64,000 nucleotides of DNA from Lingula anatina (lineage: Eukaryota; Animalia; Brachiopoda), in NCBI GenBank assembly GCA_051362555.1, contig CM120642.1:32984001-33048000 (forward strand), in the 5' to 3' direction. Shown one piece after another: positions 62,836 to 64,000 of this stretch (its first letter is position 1; the number at the start of each line of letters is the position of its first letter). The notes under the pieces are model-generated. The model worked only from the letters and a program-made list of their open reading frames with translations, was not told the origin of the DNA and did not search any database. The translations under genes were made by a program, and so were the position numbers.

Positions 62836-63504
62836 TTATACAACCGAAAATGACACTATTTAAAACAGCTGCACATTATAGAAAAGAATTAAGTTCTCAG
62901 AAAAATATTGTCAAGTGTTTTTGTCATGTCTCTATTATTCAGTATGTCTTTTCTTTTATAAAGGAATTGGGCGTCACAAGGATGAAAAAGCAGTGCCTGT
63001 CGTCACAAGAAAAGAGATGAACATCTAAAAGAAGGCTGCATTCCTGTGCTCCTGTTATACATGAATTCCCAGTCTGCAGCTACAATAGAAATTGTTAACC
63101 TACATGTATAACCTCTTTGTGTTTACCTCAGACCCCCTCACCGTCAGATTTATGGAATTAAACATGCTAAAATGGTAAAGGGGAGACTGACTCGCTCTGA
63201 GCAAGAGAATAAGTAAACAGTTATGTATGGTTGATAATTTTCCTCTGATATTAAGATTAACTACAGAAGTGTAAGCAAGATGAATGAAGGATATGCAAAC
63301 AGTAACAGTCTGTCAGTAATATAACCAGTTCCAATATAAACAAATTCAAATTGCATAGTTGATTACTACCTATCTAACTTCGGTTAAATATTTCCATCAT
63401 GCCCAGGGCCTTACTATTAGGGATTATGTAAAAGGTAAAACTTGCTCTCTGGAGTTTAAAACACATCATAACAATTTTAGAGTGGTTTTCTCCTTAGAAA
63501 CGAT

Positions 63505-64000
63505 CATCTGGTCAGGCAAACTATGGAGAGGTGACCTCTGACATTTATTGTAATTATAATTTTTGACTTGATACAATCAATGCTAATACTGACATAACTG
63601 CAAATAACAAAGTTAGTGATGAGAGATCCTATAACCTTTTTTGTCAAGGAGGGGTGGTTTTCTGTTAAGAGACAATCCTCTAGCCAGGCAAATTATGGAG
63701 AGGTGACCTCAAACACTATTTTGACTTGGTGCAATCAATGCTAAAATTCTGACATTACTGAAATTAACAAAGTTAGTGGTGAGAGATCCTATAACCTTTT
63801 TTGTCGAGGAGGGGTGGTTTTCTGTTTAGAGACGAGCCTCTAGCCAGGCAAATTATGGAGAGGTGACCTCAAACACTTTTTGGACTTGGTGCAATCAATG
63901 CTAAAATCCTGACATAACTGAAAATTACTAAGTTAGTGACGAGAGATCCTATTGCCTTTTTTGTCGAGGAGGGGTGGTTTTCTGTTTAGAGACGAGCCTC
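63505..64000. repeat. ~160-172-bp tandem repeat, at least 3 copies, running off the window
   Basis: caggcaaa(c/t)tatggagaggtgacctc recurs near 63513, 63686 and 63846. Confidence 0.9.

Noticed and set aside
63505-64000. Tandem duplicated coding exons on the minus strand
   Set aside because: The unit I translated had stops in all three minus-strand frames.

Overview
AT-rich, intron-containing animal genomic DNA, probably a mollusc or other lophotrochozoan (inferred from gene content and repeat style, not proven). Gene models were assembled by hand from GT-AG sites and frame continuity. In order: a secreted (GTG-GPP)n collagen-like gene (-) with an adjacent disabled, internally deleted tandem copy; a multi-exon precursor for a 12-Cys tandem double-knottin peptide (-) that the ORF track misses; VHL (-); an 8-exon selenoprotein J / J1-crystallin (ADP-ribosylglycohydrolase family) gene (+) with an in-frame TGA and a canonical SECIS; an intronless ZSWIM2-like RING-H2 gene (-); a 20-exon USP20/33 gene (+); NKRF (+); and the first exon of a probable membrane protein (+). 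Many MITEs and non-autonomous DNA transposons are present. The most unusual feature is that seven separate tandem duplications in VHL, USP20/33 and NKRF each contain a functional splice junction, creating decoy splice sites (about 41 extra donors in the VHL intron).
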